NCBI GenBank assembly: GCA_046290465.1
Contig: JBKAGP010000001.1
Coordinates: 2,272,001-2,336,000, forward strand
Source: Planctomycetota bacterium
GTDB lineage: Bacteria; Planctomycetota; UBA1135; UBA2386
DNA length: 64,000 bases
Direction: 5' to 3'
Part shown: positions 32,401-41,981 of the stretch, in pieces
Position numbering within the stretch: the stretch's first letter is position 1
Layout: every line of letters begins with the position of its first letter
The notes under the pieces: generated by a model
Told to the model about the DNA's origin: nothing
Seen by the model: only the letters and a program-made list of their open reading frames with translations
The model's database searches: none
Position numbers and translations under genes: made by a program

Positions 32401-33116
32401 GCCGTGACCACCTTGGCCAGGCGCTCGCGGTACGCGGCCGACTGCGCCAGCAGCCGGTCGAACAGCGGTCGGCTGCTCCACGAGGCGCCTTCGAAGCAGC
32501 GCATCGCCGCGTCGACGACGTCGGCCTCCGGCGCGCCGACGGCGTCCATCAGGAACGCGCGCGTGAACGCGCCGCTGCCGCGCTGGCCCTCGAAGCGCTG
32601 GACCGCCGCGACCACGGCGGCGCGGTCGCGGCCGGCGAGCTCGACGATCACCTTCACGATCGCATCGTGCTCGGACGGCATCCAGACGCTGTTCTTGGCC
32701 AGGATCCGGTCGATCGCGGCCAGGGCCTCTTCGGGCCGCGCCCGCAGCGCATCGGCGACGACCTCGCGTTCGCGGCTGTTGCCGGAGAGGCGCTCGAGCA
32801 CCTCGTCGATGCCGACCGGCGCGAACGGCGCGACCGCCGAGAACGCCACCCGCAGCTCGTCGCGCGGCGTCTGCCGCAGCATCGCGACGATGCGCGGCAG
32901 CTGCGGCCCGAACGTCGGCGCGTGCGTGACGACCGCGGTGAGCGCCTGCCGGCGCACCTGCACGCGGTCGTCCAGCAGCAGGTCGACGATGGCCGCGGCG
33001 TGGGCCTGCGCCTGCGCCCGGGTCAGCCCGGGATCCGCGACCAGCCGTTCGGCCTGTGCGAACGCGACGGTCGACAGCACGATAGGCACGGCAAGTCGGA
33101 GCAAGGTCTTCCCCAT
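29418..33116 (-). CDS. Large exported HEAT/ARM-repeat protein
   Basis: Signal peptide MGKTLLRLAVPIVLSTVAFAQ. Repeated HEAT-like motifs (DDRVQVRRQAL, DPAPIVRLRAAKGL, DGDPRVRRTALQAF). Confidence 0.7.
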   Translation of the reverse strand: MGKTLLRLAVPIVLSTVAFAQAERLVADPGLTRAQAQAHAAAIVDLLLDDRVQVRRQALTAVVTHAPTFGPQLPRIVAMLRQTPRDELRVAFSAVAPFAPVGIDEVLERLSGNSREREVVADALRARPEEALAAIDRILAKNSVWMPSEHDAIVKVIVELAGRDRAAVVAAVQRFEGQRGSGAFTRAFLMDAVGAPEADVVDAAMRCFEGASWSSRPLFDRLLAQSAAYRERLAKVVTAGNGTQSTLALRALSKRPDLMGQHWPELRKGLGSSRLSGELVALAMAMQPTHPGVFDDVLAFVRQARPEQLLAVAGVVAAATHRLDETRAALAVHLTRDEAVSVPLLDALLNAGSLSELRAALPRLLAHQRDDVRTFAVQLSAVVGTDEAGIAKIAAMASDSAATVRHEVAQLLPRMRGDDEAPLAGLVRDRDDRRVLAAYGLLRRTTARVTPAEEAAIVRLANRGRWTGWLRRNLRSDFDAGRADEQLCRRVLGNARFLGHGEQLWQGTALAVDEPRAKAPERQRPNAALLERAARNPLLRKILLEKGIVDAEDIPALAEVEADARQRLQQLLARLGSDEVGARSTAFAELQRLAAKDWQQQRQQLRRGGNRHQRRLLALLGQRPSRQRALELLEAPEPAVVLQALSVLVAPTRAGFAPSDVVRCARALAQHPDTWREVLASSRANTMLSLTMAGEPAAGLVRAAFDDPRNHAWALKAAGLLGAAGREFLPRMVAALRTDHASDAAGAIFAIGIEPTHPQFAAMKDAIEAEWAVPERRAELLPAVAALGDEHDDFAEADYLAVLDRYNRRDLARDPGMAAWIQLGLRTEGAARRRIAMLVLATRAWAGAWQSGMRTLPGTEAWRAASRSPGLARAMEQAFGRVPEEDVRELLTSVLEAAAAGRPLPATASIVRQRADLVLDLLRKPTADRLRKPSLLSLLVEVMPVRMLRERLEHGATGLALSRPLLQLPPSAEVLDELRGWLANADVSEGQRGFATELLTLQGPAALPTIVRELEAGGARRTAMLRAMRTAGSRAEFAAEACVPLLAERPREPMLDALGHLGGLGLSLAMREIPADQQVAWLVRTIPGTDAHTAGAGLRLLQQLSKPAAERVARRMNSRDPELRRWIGFILLDAGQGDPTPTILALGRDPAPIVRLRAAKGLVALETWSEPAAVLATDLLSDGDPRVRRTALQAFAAHASEVAASRVALTEVRERDPDRALRAEAAALLQGR

Positions 33117-33135
33117 TCGCGTATCCTAGCGCGCG
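33117..33135. promoter_or_regulatory. Candidate bidirectional promoter with overlapping -10 hexamers (TATCCT on +, TAGGAT on -) for two leaderless transcripts
   Basis: Only 19 bp separate the divergent ATGs. TATCCT at 33122-33127 lies 8 nt before ATG 33136, and TAGGAT at 33128-33123 lies 6 nt before ATG 33116. Confidence 0.55.
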
Positions 33136-35487
33136 ATGATCCGCCTGCTGTCGAGAGTCGCAGCGTGCGCCTGGCTCACCGGCCTGCTGTCCGCCCAGGA
33201 CCAGCAGCTCGACGAGGTCCTCGCCCCGTTCCCCGACGACGACGTGCCGACGTTGCTGCTGCAGCTGCACGGCCCGTCCCACGAGCAGGCCGTCGAGCGG
33301 CTGGGCAAGAAGGGCCCGCGCGTGCACGTCTACCTGCTAGGCAAGGCGCGCCAGCCGCTGGTCCACAGCCACCGCGACTTCTCGGCCGCCTTCGGGGAGT
33401 TCGGACCGGACTGCGGCTGGGCGCTGCCGGCGATCCTCGACGCGGCCAGGGCGAAGTGGATGGCGACGACGCTGCAGGGCCTGGCCCGGCGACTCGGGCC
33501 CACGGGCCGCCCGGCGGCGCTGGTGAGCAACGGACCGTTCGCGCGGCGGCTGCGCCGCGAACTGCTGGCGTTGCCGGACGAAGCGGTCGAGCAGGTCCCG
33601 ATGCACGTCGAGGTGGTCGCCGCCGCCCACCGCGACGCGCTGCTGCAGCGACTGGCCGACGACGGCCGACCGGAGCGCTGGTGGCCGGCGCTGCAAGCGC
33701 TGCTGGCGATCGACCTCGAGGCGTCGCTGGCGGCGTGCGAGATCCTGCTGCCGCGCACGACAAGCAGCGACGCAGCGACCCGCAGCCGGTCCCGCGAACT
33801 GCTGCACGCGGTCCGCTGCTACCATGCGGCGTCGTCGATCATGGCGACGAAGTCGCTGCACCAGCTGCCGGTCGAGCTCGAGGACGAGCTGCTGCGGGCG
33901 GTGCTGGGCGCCTGCCCGTACGTGCCGCCGGCCAACGAACGACACCCGACCGGGCACGCGAGGTTGCCGCGCGAGATCGTCGCGAGCGACGCGCCGATCC
34001 ACCAGCTGGCGACGGCGCTGGCCGGCGCGATGCACAGCGCGCAGCCGCAGCGCACGGCGCAGGATCTCGACCGGCTGGCACGACTGGCCGCCGCCCGAGA
34101 CCCGCGCACCGCCAGGTTCGCCCGCGTGCTGGGCGGCGTCGTCTCCGAGAAGGAGCGCGCGTGGTTCGGCAAGCCGGTGTCCCGGATCGACCACGCCGCC
34201 GTGGAGCACGCGCGCAGGGCCGACCGAATGACGCTGCGCCGGTTCGGCCTGGCCCGGCTGCGGGAAGTGTTGGCCCAGATCGCGATGCCGCCCGGCCGGG
34301 CCGAGCCGGAGCAGGCGAAGGACGTCGCCGGCCGCATCCTGCAGGGCGCCGCGCGGCCATCGGGACGCCAGACGATCGACGAGCACCGTGCGCAGGAGTT
34401 CGTGCGGGTCCTGGTGCAGCGCATGCCCGCCCTGGTCGAAGCCACCGAGCTGACCGATGCCGACCACAGCAAGTTGGTCAAGTCGCTGTTCCGGGCCGAT
34501 GCGCTGGTGCCGGCGCTGTACCAATGGGCGTTCCTGCACGCCGAGACGAGCGCACCCAAGGGCCGCCGATCGCCCAACTACGTGCTGCCGGCCGCGTGTG
34601 CCGAGACCGTCGCCCAGGCACTCGCGTCGCCCGAACACCAGGACCGCGCGCTCGCGCTGCTGCACCTGCACAGCAACTACACCGTCTGGGTCGAGTTCTG
34701 CGACCAGCACGCCGAACGGCTGCTCGAGGTCGCCGCGCAGGCGCCGGAACGTCGCCGCCATCTGCTCGGCAGGCTGCTGCGCTACGGCAGCCGCGCCCGG
34801 GCCGTTGCCGAGCGCGCAATGCTCGACGAAGCTCTCGACGGCGAGCTGCGCGACGCGATCGCCAAGGACGTCGGCATCAACCCGAACTTCCCGCCGACGG
34901 CCGCGTTCGTGGTCGAGGCGCTGGCCTCCCCGCGGCAACCGCTGCGCCGGCACGCGCTGTGGGCCGCGCCGTTCGTCGCCGACGACAAGCCGGCGGTGGC
35001 GGCGGCGCTGCTCGAGCTGACGACGACCACCGACGAGGCGCTGCTGCGCCAGGTGCTCGGCAACCTCGGCCGGCTGCGCGCGGACAGCGCGCGCACCACG
35101 ATCGAGGGGTTCCTCGGCCACAACGCGCACGAGGTGCGGCGCGACGCCGCGATCGCGCTGCTGCAGTTCGACGAGCGCGACGACGCCGCGTTCGGCGAGC
35201 TGCGGCGCCAGCTCGACGACGGCGACGCCGACCGACGCCGGATCGTCTGGTCCGCGATCTCGCAGGCCGAGGGCGCCAGCGCCCGCTTCCTCGAACGCGC
35301 CGTCGAGGACCTGATCGACGCCGACGACCTGCAGTCGCAGTGGCGGCTGACGCGGGTGGTGCGCAGCGCCCATGCACGCCGGCCCGACGACGCACGCGCG
35401 ACGTTGCTCCGGCTGACCCGCTGCGGCGTGTCGGTGATCGAGCAGGGAGCCGAGCAGGCGCTGAAGCAGCTCGATCGCAAGCGGTAG
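33136..35487 (+). CDS. Exported HEAT-repeat protein
   Basis: Signal peptide MIRLLSRVAACAWLTGLLSAQ and C-terminal HEAT-like repeats (HNAHEVRRDAAIAL). Confidence 0.65.
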   Translation: MIRLLSRVAACAWLTGLLSAQDQQLDEVLAPFPDDDVPTLLLQLHGPSHEQAVERLGKKGPRVHVYLLGKARQPLVHSHRDFSAAFGEFGPDCGWALPAILDAARAKWMATTLQGLARRLGPTGRPAALVSNGPFARRLRRELLALPDEAVEQVPMHVEVVAAAHRDALLQRLADDGRPERWWPALQALLAIDLEASLAACEILLPRTTSSDAATRSRSRELLHAVRCYHAASSIMATKSLHQLPVELEDELLRAVLGACPYVPPANERHPTGHARLPREIVASDAPIHQLATALAGAMHSAQPQRTAQDLDRLARLAAARDPRTARFARVLGGVVSEKERAWFGKPVSRIDHAAVEHARRADRMTLRRFGLARLREVLAQIAMPPGRAEPEQAKDVAGRILQGAARPSGRQTIDEHRAQEFVRVLVQRMPALVEATELTDADHSKLVKSLFRADALVPALYQWAFLHAETSAPKGRRSPNYVLPAACAETVAQALASPEHQDRALALLHLHSNYTVWVEFCDQHAERLLEVAAQAPERRRHLLGRLLRYGSRARAVAERAMLDEALDGELRDAIAKDVGINPNFPPTAAFVVEALASPRQPLRRHALWAAPFVADDKPAVAAALLELTTTTDEALLRQVLGNLGRLRADSARTTIEGFLGHNAHEVRRDAAIALLQFDERDDAAFGELRRQLDDGDADRRRIVWSAISQAEGASARFLERAVEDLIDADDLQSQWRLTRVVRSAHARRPDDARATLLRLTRCGVSVIEQGAEQALKQLDRKR

Positions 35488-35534
35488 GCGGGCGCGGGCC
35501 GCTCGCCGCCGATGCATGCCCCGACGCACGCAGA

Positions 35535-36662
35535 CTAGATGTTGCGCAGACGCACCGCCCCGGTCGGGCAGTTGCGTTCGCACGCCATGTCGCGCGTGCA
35601 CTCGTAGTTGTGCAGCTTGCGCACGACGTCCCCCACCGGCACCTGTGCATAGCCGTGCGTCGCGCAGGTCGCCGCGCAGATGCCGCAGTGAATGCACGCG
35701 TTCATGTCGACGTCGAGGTGCACGTGGTCGCGTGGCCGCTGCACCAGCCGGTCCTCCTCGGCGACGACCTCGGGCGCGCACAGGTAGCGCGTCAGCGGGT
35801 GGGTCGTCAGCGCCTCGATCGCCTCACGTTCGCCGATGCGCACGATCTCGTGCACGTCCGGCATCTCGAGCAGCGGCAGGTGCGAGACCTTCGGCTTGAT
35901 CAACACGGTGCGGTCGTCGACGAACCGGTGCAGGTTGGCCTCGTTGAGCGCCAGCCCCATCACCTCGTAGGTCTGGAACAGGATGTGCGGCAACGTCGCG
36001 CGGTAGTCGGTCGGCTTGTGCAGGTCGCGGTGCGACAGGTCGACGGCGATCACCAGGTCGGCCTCGCGCGCCTTGGCGATGCGCAGCGCCAGCGTCTCGG
36101 TCATGCCGCCGTCGATGTAGTGGTCGCCGTCGATCTCGGCCGGCTCGAAGATCGTCGGCAGGCAGGCGCTGGCGTAGACCGCGTCGGCGACCGCCATCCG
36201 GCGCGCTCCCGGCATGCCGAAGAAGCGCGTCGCGCCGGTCGACAGCGACAGCGCGTTGCAGAAGAACGGCATCGCCAGCTCGTCGAACGACTGCTGCGGC
36301 AACCAGCGGGTCAGCAGCTTCTTGAACGCCTTGCCCTTGTAGACCGAAGCGTGGCGGTAGCCGCGCACCAGGAACTTGACGAGGTTCAGCCGGAAGTAGT
36401 CCTTCAACGACACGTCCTGCGCCGCCTGCTCCATCGCCTTGCTGTCGTGGCCGCCGGCGAACAGCCCGCCCATCACCGCGCCCATCGAGGTGCCGACGAC
36501 CTCGTCGACGTGCAGGCCGAGGCGCTCGATCGCGCGCACGACCCCGATATGGGTGAAGCCACGCATGCCGCCGCCGCCCAGCACCAGCACGGTGCGGCGC
36601 GGCCGGTGGGCGCCGGGACGCGGTGCCGCGGGGTTTTCCTGAGGTGTCTCGGAATCGCTCAC
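35535..36662 (-). CDS. Patatin-like phospholipase fused to a C-terminal 2x[4Fe-4S] ferredoxin-type domain
   Basis: GGGGMRG oxyanion hole, GTSMG nucleophile and DGG. C-terminal CIHCGICAATC and CTRDMACERNCP. Confidence 0.9.
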   Translation of the reverse strand: MSDSETPQENPAAPRPGAHRPRRTVLVLGGGGMRGFTHIGVVRAIERLGLHVDEVVGTSMGAVMGGLFAGGHDSKAMEQAAQDVSLKDYFRLNLVKFLVRGYRHASVYKGKAFKKLLTRWLPQQSFDELAMPFFCNALSLSTGATRFFGMPGARRMAVADAVYASACLPTIFEPAEIDGDHYIDGGMTETLALRIAKAREADLVIAVDLSHRDLHKPTDYRATLPHILFQTYEVMGLALNEANLHRFVDDRTVLIKPKVSHLPLLEMPDVHEIVRIGEREAIEALTTHPLTRYLCAPEVVAEEDRLVQRPRDHVHLDVDMNACIHCGICAATCATHGYAQVPVGDVVRKLHNYECTRDMACERNCPTGAVRLRNI

Positions 36663-36801
36663 GATGTTGCCGAGGGCGCCATGGCGACGGACCGGTGGCC
36701 ACCCTCTTCCTTTCTAGATCGGTTCGTCGTGGAGGTTGCCTGAAGGACGCAACCCGCGGCGGTCGAAGACTAGTACTGACACCTGGGAGGACTCAGTTCC
36801 G

Positions 36802-38286
36802 ATGACGGCCTGGCAACGAATGCATCGCCTGCCGCGCGGCGAGCAACGCGCGGCACAAGGCGCGCTCCTACAGCGCTACGTGCGCGAATATCTCTACCCG
36901 TTCAGCCCCTACTACCGGGCGCTGTTCGATCAGGCCGGGGTCAAGCCCGACCAGATCCGCACCGTCGACGACCTGCGGCGCGTGCCGTTGTCGAGCAAGC
37001 GCGACCTGCTGCCGACCGACGACGACCCGCAGCGGTTCAAGCAGTTCATCCTGCAGCCGGATCCGGCGACGCTGAAGGCCGCCTGGCCGCTGAAGAAGAA
37101 GCTGCCGCTGCTGTGGCAGAAGTGGACGCAGGGCGCAGCCGCCGTGAAGCGCCGCGTGCGCGACGAGTTCGCGCCGTGCTTCATGACGTTCACGACCGGT
37201 CGCTCGGCCGAGCCGGTGCCGTTCTTCTACTCGCCGCACGACATCCAGAACCTGCACGACACCGGCGCGCGGCTGGTCGACGTGATGAACCTGGACACCG
37301 AATACCGGATCGCGAACGTGTTCCCATACGCGCCGCACCTCGCGTTCTGGCAGGTGTTCTTCGCCGGCCAGGCGACCGGGATGATGGCGCTGTCGACCGG
37401 CGGCGGCAAGGTGATGGGCTCGACCGGCGACCTGCGCGCGATCTCACGGCTGCGCGCCGACGCGCTGATCGGCGTGCCCGGCTACGTCTACCACCTGCTG
37501 CGCCGCGCCGTCGCCGACGGCGTCGACCTGTCGTCGATCCGCTGCGTCGTGCTCGGCGCCGAACGGGTGCCGCCGGGCCTCAAGGACAAGATCACGCAGC
37601 TGCTGGCCGCGACCGGCGCGCACGACGTGCGCGTGTTCGGCACCTACGGCTTCACCGAGGCGCGCATGGCCTGGGCCGAGTGTCCGACCAAGGAAAACGC
37701 CTACACCGGCTACCACCTCTATCCGGACCTCGCCATCTTCGAGGTCATCGACCCGGAGACCGGCGAGGTCGTGCCGGACGGCTGTGACGGCGAACTGGTG
37801 TTCACGCCGCTGAACGCGCGCGCCAGCACCGTGTTCCGCTACCGCACCGGCGACCGCGTGCGCGGGGGCCTGCAGTGGGAGCCGTGCCCCCACTGCGGCC
37901 GCACCGTGCCGCGCATCTCGAGCGACCTGAGCCGCGAGTCCAACCTCAAGGACCTGCAGCTGCTCAAGGTCAAGGGCACGCTCGTCAACCTCGAGGACTG
38001 CGCCATGCTGCTGTCGGACATGGCCGAGGTCGAGGAGTGGCAGATCGAGCTGCGCAAGAAGGACGACGACCCGCACGAGGTCGACGAGATGATCGTGCAC
38101 CTCGCGGTCAAGACCGGCTGCTCCGAGGACGTCGCCGCCGAACGCGTGCAAGACCTGTTCAAGAGCCGGCTGGAGATCGCGCCGAACCAGGTCGAGTTCC
38201 TCGGCCTCGACTCTATGCTGCGCAAGATCGGCATGGAGACCGAGATGAAGGAGAAGCGCTTCGTCGACGCGAGGCCGCAGGCATGA
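36802..38286 (+). CDS. Phenylacetate-CoA ligase (PaaK)-like adenylate-forming enzyme
   Basis: SPYYRALF, FTTGRSAEP, TYGFTEA, EVIDPETGE, FRYRTGD; GGAGG RBS. Confidence 0.85.
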   Translation: MTAWQRMHRLPRGEQRAAQGALLQRYVREYLYPFSPYYRALFDQAGVKPDQIRTVDDLRRVPLSSKRDLLPTDDDPQRFKQFILQPDPATLKAAWPLKKKLPLLWQKWTQGAAAVKRRVRDEFAPCFMTFTTGRSAEPVPFFYSPHDIQNLHDTGARLVDVMNLDTEYRIANVFPYAPHLAFWQVFFAGQATGMMALSTGGGKVMGSTGDLRAISRLRADALIGVPGYVYHLLRRAVADGVDLSSIRCVVLGAERVPPGLKDKITQLLAATGAHDVRVFGTYGFTEARMAWAECPTKENAYTGYHLYPDLAIFEVIDPETGEVVPDGCDGELVFTPLNARASTVFRYRTGDRVRGGLQWEPCPHCGRTVPRISSDLSRESNLKDLQLLKVKGTLVNLEDCAMLLSDMAEVEEWQIELRKKDDDPHEVDEMIVHLAVKTGCSEDVAAERVQDLFKSRLEIAPNQVEFLGLDSMLRKIGMETEMKEKRFVDARPQA

Positions 38287-39593
38287 CCGCGAAGAAGAAC
38301 AGCCGTTCGCGCGACATGGCGATCGTCGCCGGTCTGCGCACCCCGTTCTGCAAGGTCAACGGCGCGCTGCAGGGTGCGTCGGCCGCCGACCTCGCCAGCC
38401 ACGCGTTCCGCGAGCTGCTCGACCGCACCAACGTGCGACGCGAGGAGATCGACGAGGTGATCCTCGGCTGCGCCGGCCCCGATGCCCGCGAGGCCAACGT
38501 CGCGCGGGTCGCGGCGCTGCGCAGCGGGCTGCCGGAGACGACGCCGGCGGTCACCGTGATGCGCAACTGCGCGTCCGGCATGGAGGCCGTGATGGCCGCC
38601 AAGCAGAAGCTGGCAGCCGGCGAGGGCGAGGTGTTCCTGGTCGGCGGCGCCGAGTCGATGAGCAACTTCCCGCTGATGATGGGACCGAAGCTGGTCCGGT
38701 TCTTCCAGCGGCTCGGCAAGGCCCGCTCGTTTGGGCAACGGCTGGCGGCGATGGCGAGCTTCCGGCCGAGCTCGATGAAGCCGCGCATCGCGATCGTCGA
38801 AGGCCTGACCGACCCCACCACCGGGTTGATGATGGGCAACACCGCCGAGAAGGTCGCGCAGCGGTTCGGCATCGACCGACAGGCGATGGACGCCTACGCG
38901 CTGCAGAGCCACCAGCGCGCCACCGCGGCGCTGCAGAGCGACCGCTTCGTGCGCGAGGTCGTGCCGATGGTCGCCCCGCCGACGTTCCGCCAGGCGGTCG
39001 CCGCCGACGACGGCGTGCGCACCGAGCAGACCATCGAGGCGCTGCAGAAGCTGCGCCCGGTGTTCGACAAGCGCGAGGGCGACGTCACCGTCGGCAACAG
39101 CTGCCAGGTGACCGACGGCGCCGTGGCGCTGCTGGTCACGTCGCTGTCGAAGGCCAAGAAGCTCGGCCTCGAGCCACTCGCGATCATCCGCGCGACCGCG
39201 ACCGCGGCGCTGTCGCCCGAGACCATGGGCCTCGGCCCGGTGCACGCGACGCCGCTGGCGCTGGCGCGCGCCGGCATCGGGTTCGGCGACGTCGACCTGT
39301 TCGAACTGAACGAGGCGTTCGCCGCGCAGGTGCTCGGTTGCCAGCGGGCGTTCGCCGACGACGACTACTGCCGCGACGTGGTCGGACTCGAGGCCGCCAT
39401 CGGCGAACTCGACCCGGCGCGCCTCAACGTCAACGGCGGCGCGATCGCGCTCGGCCACCCGATCGCGGCGACCGGCGCCAGGCTGTTGCTGACGCTCGCC
39501 CACCAACTCCGACAACAGGACGCCCGCTACGGCGTCGCCACGCTGTGCATCGGTGGCGGCCAGGGCCAGGCCATCGTGCTGGAGGCCGCATGA
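38283..39593 (+). CDS. fadI: Acetyl-CoA C-acyltransferase (3-ketoacyl-CoA thiolase, FadI-like)
   Basis: [48 protein letters not shown]-coupled to the upstream gene. Confidence 0.9.
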   Translation: MTAKKNSRSRDMAIVAGLRTPFCKVNGALQGASAADLASHAFRELLDRTNVRREEIDEVILGCAGPDAREANVARVAALRSGLPETTPAVTVMRNCASGMEAVMAAKQKLAAGEGEVFLVGGAESMSNFPLMMGPKLVRFFQRLGKARSFGQRLAAMASFRPSSMKPRIAIVEGLTDPTTGLMMGNTAEKVAQRFGIDRQAMDAYALQSHQRATAALQSDRFVREVVPMVAPPTFRQAVAADDGVRTEQTIEALQKLRPVFDKREGDVTVGNSCQVTDGAVALLVTSLSKAKKLGLEPLAIIRATATAALSPETMGLGPVHATPLALARAGIGFGDVDLFELNEAFAAQVLGCQRAFADDDYCRDVVGLEAAIGELDPARLNVNGGAIALGHPIAATGARLLLTLAHQLRQQDARYGVATLCIGGGQGQAIVLEAA

Positions 39594-41767
39594 GCACCGT
39601 CGACGACGAGAAGACCGACCAGACCGAGGAAGCCGTGCAGGAGACGACGCCGACCGCGGTGACGCTGGACCAGATCGTGCTCGCCGTGCAGGACGGCGTC
39701 GCGACGCTTCGGCTCGGCCGTGAGGACGAGTCGATCGTGACGCTGACCGAGGACCGGATCGCGCAGTTCGAGGCGGCGGTCGAGCAGCTGCTGCGCCGCG
39801 ACGACCTGCGCGGCGTGATCGTCACCGGCCCGAAGCCGGCGATGTTCTGCGCCGGCGCCGACGTCAACCTGATCCGCGACGTCACCGACCCGGCCGACGG
39901 CGAACGCGCCGCGATCCGCGGCCGTTCGGTGTTCGCCCGGCTGCAGGACCTGAAGGTTCCGGTGGTGGCCGCGATCGAAGGGCCGTGCCTCGGCGGCGGC
40001 CTCGAGCTGGCGCTGTTCTGCGACGTGCGCGTCGCCAGCGACCACAGGAGCACCCAGATCGGCCTGCCCGAGGTCAAGCTCGGCATCGTGCCGGGCTTCG
40101 GCGGCACCCAGAACCTGACGCGCCTGGTCGGCCTGCCCAAGGCGCTCGAACTGATCCTCAACGGCAAGCTGCTGCGCGGCAAGCAGGCCGTGCGCAACCG
40201 CGTCGTCGACCGGCTGGTGCCGGCCAGCAAGCTGCTGGTCGCCGCCCGCGAGGAGATCGACCGGCTGGCGAACCGACAGCGCAAGCGCCCGACGCGCAAG
40301 CTGCGCGGCATGGCGTGGTGGCTCAGCCACACGCCGCTGCGCGCGCTCGCCGTGCGCGCCGCCAACAAGCTGCTCGACAAGGGCCAGGCCCGCTTCTACC
40401 CGGCGCCGAAGGCCGCGCTGCGATGCTGCGTCGACGCGCTGCGTCGGCCGGTCGCCGAGGGCTTCGCGCGCGAGGCCAGGGCGCTCGGCGAGATGATCGT
40501 CACCGACGTCAGCAAGGGCCTGGTGCACCTGTTCTTCCTGACCGAGCGGCAGAAGCGGCTCGGCCGCCACGAGCAGGCCCGCGACGTCCGCCGCGCGCTG
40601 GTCGTCGGCGGCGGCGTGATGGGCGCCGGCATCGCCGGCCAGCTGGCCAGCAAGGGCATCGCGACGCGCCTGGTCGACATGGCGCTCGAGCCGCTGGCGG
40701 CCGCCAAGGCGCGCCTGCAGAAGGGCCTCGACAAGCTGCTCCGGCGGCGCCGCATCGAACGCCACGACGCGGTCGCGACGCAGGACCGGCTGGCGGTGTC
40801 GACGTCGGCCGGACACCTGCGCGACACCGACCTGTGGCTCGAAGCCGTCGTCGAACGGCTCGACGTCAAGCAGAAGCTGATGTCCGACGCGATCGCGCAG
40901 GGCCTGCCCGACGACGCGATCGTCGCGACCAACACGTCGTCGCTGTCGGTCACCGCGATGCAGCAGGAGGTCGGCCACCCCGAACGGGTCGTCGGCGTGC
41001 ACTTCTTCAACCCGCCCGAGAAGATGCCGCTGGTCGAGGTGATCCGCGGCAAGCGCACCGGCGAGGCCGCGGTCGCGACCGCGTGCCGGCTGGCGCTGCG
41101 GCTCGGCAAGTTCCCGATCGTCGTCGAGGACTCGCCCGGCTTCCTGGTCAACCGCTGCCTGTCGCCCTACATCAACGAGGCCGCGCGCATGCTGCTCGAG
41201 GGCACCAGCCCCGAGGCGATCGACCAGGCGATGCTCGACTTCGGCATGCCGATGGGGCCGTGCCGGCTGCTCGACGAGGTCGGCTTCGACGTGGCCGACA
41301 AGGTCAGCGAGGTCATGCATGCCGCGTTCGCCGACCGCATGCAGCCGTGCGAGCTGTTCTCGGCGATGGTCGCGGCCAACGCGCTCGGCCAGAAGACCGA
41401 CGGCGGCATCTACGGCAAGGGCGGCGAGGGCAAGGGACCCGGCCGCACGGTGATCGAGTCGCTGCGTCGCCAGCGCGGCACGCCGGCGCGCGAGGCGTCG
41501 CGCTCGGAGCTGATGCATCGGCTGGTCTACCCGCTGGTCGACGAGGCCTACCGCTGCCTCGACGAGGGCCTGGTCCAGGACGAACAGGATCTCGACCTCG
41601 GCCTGGTCATGGGCATCGGCTTCCCGCCGTTCACCGGCGGCATCACGCGCTTCGCGAACAAGGCCGGCCTCGGCAAGATCGTCTCGAAGCTGGACGAGCT
41701 CGGCCGCGTGCTCGACCCGCGATTCGCGCCCAGCGACGGCCTGCGTCGCCGCGCGATCGACGACTGA
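39590..41767 (+). CDS. fadJ: Multifunctional enoyl-CoA hydratase / 3-hydroxyacyl-CoA dehydrogenase (FadJ/FadB family)
   Basis: FCAGAD, LGGGLELAL, GLPEVKLG, GGGVMGAGIA, ATNTSSL, GVHFFNP, PGFLVNR, GIGFPPFTGG. Confidence 0.92.
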   Translation: MSTVDDEKTDQTEEAVQETTPTAVTLDQIVLAVQDGVATLRLGREDESIVTLTEDRIAQFEAAVEQLLRRDDLRGVIVTGPKPAMFCAGADVNLIRDVTDPADGERAAIRGRSVFARLQDLKVPVVAAIEGPCLGGGLELALFCDVRVASDHRSTQIGLPEVKLGIVPGFGGTQNLTRLVGLPKALELILNGKLLRGKQAVRNRVVDRLVPASKLLVAAREEIDRLANRQRKRPTRKLRGMAWWLSHTPLRALAVRAANKLLDKGQARFYPAPKAALRCCVDALRRPVAEGFAREARALGEMIVTDVSKGLVHLFFLTERQKRLGRHEQARDVRRALVVGGGVMGAGIAGQLASKGIATRLVDMALEPLAAAKARLQKGLDKLLRRRRIERHDAVATQDRLAVSTSAGHLRDTDLWLEAVVERLDVKQKLMSDAIAQGLPDDAIVATNTSSLSVTAMQQEVGHPERVVGVHFFNPPEKMPLVEVIRGKRTGEAAVATACRLALRLGKFPIVVEDSPGFLVNRCLSPYINEAARMLLEGTSPEAIDQAMLDFGMPMGPCRLLDEVGFDVADKVSEVMHAAFADRMQPCELFSAMVAANALGQKTDGGIYGKGGEGKGPGRTVIESLRRQRGTPAREASRSELMHRLVYPLVDEAYRCLDEGLVQDEQDLDLGLVMGIGFPPFTGGITRFANKAGLGKIVSKLDELGRVLDPRFAPSDGLRRRAIDD

Positions 41768-41981
41768 GGAGAACAACCAACACTGCCAAGGGCGCTTCCG
41801 TAACATGCGCTCCGGCGGACTGGGAGGTCCCTCAGACCTTTTGCGAAACTGTTCGGAGTAACTGATCTAAAAGAACTTGCGCTGCGCTGATCCGCTACGG
41901 ACGCGCCCCCGGTCGAGCCGATCCAAGGGTGCGTCCAGACCACGTCGGCGGGCGCTCTTTGACCAACCGAGGTAGTCGTCT

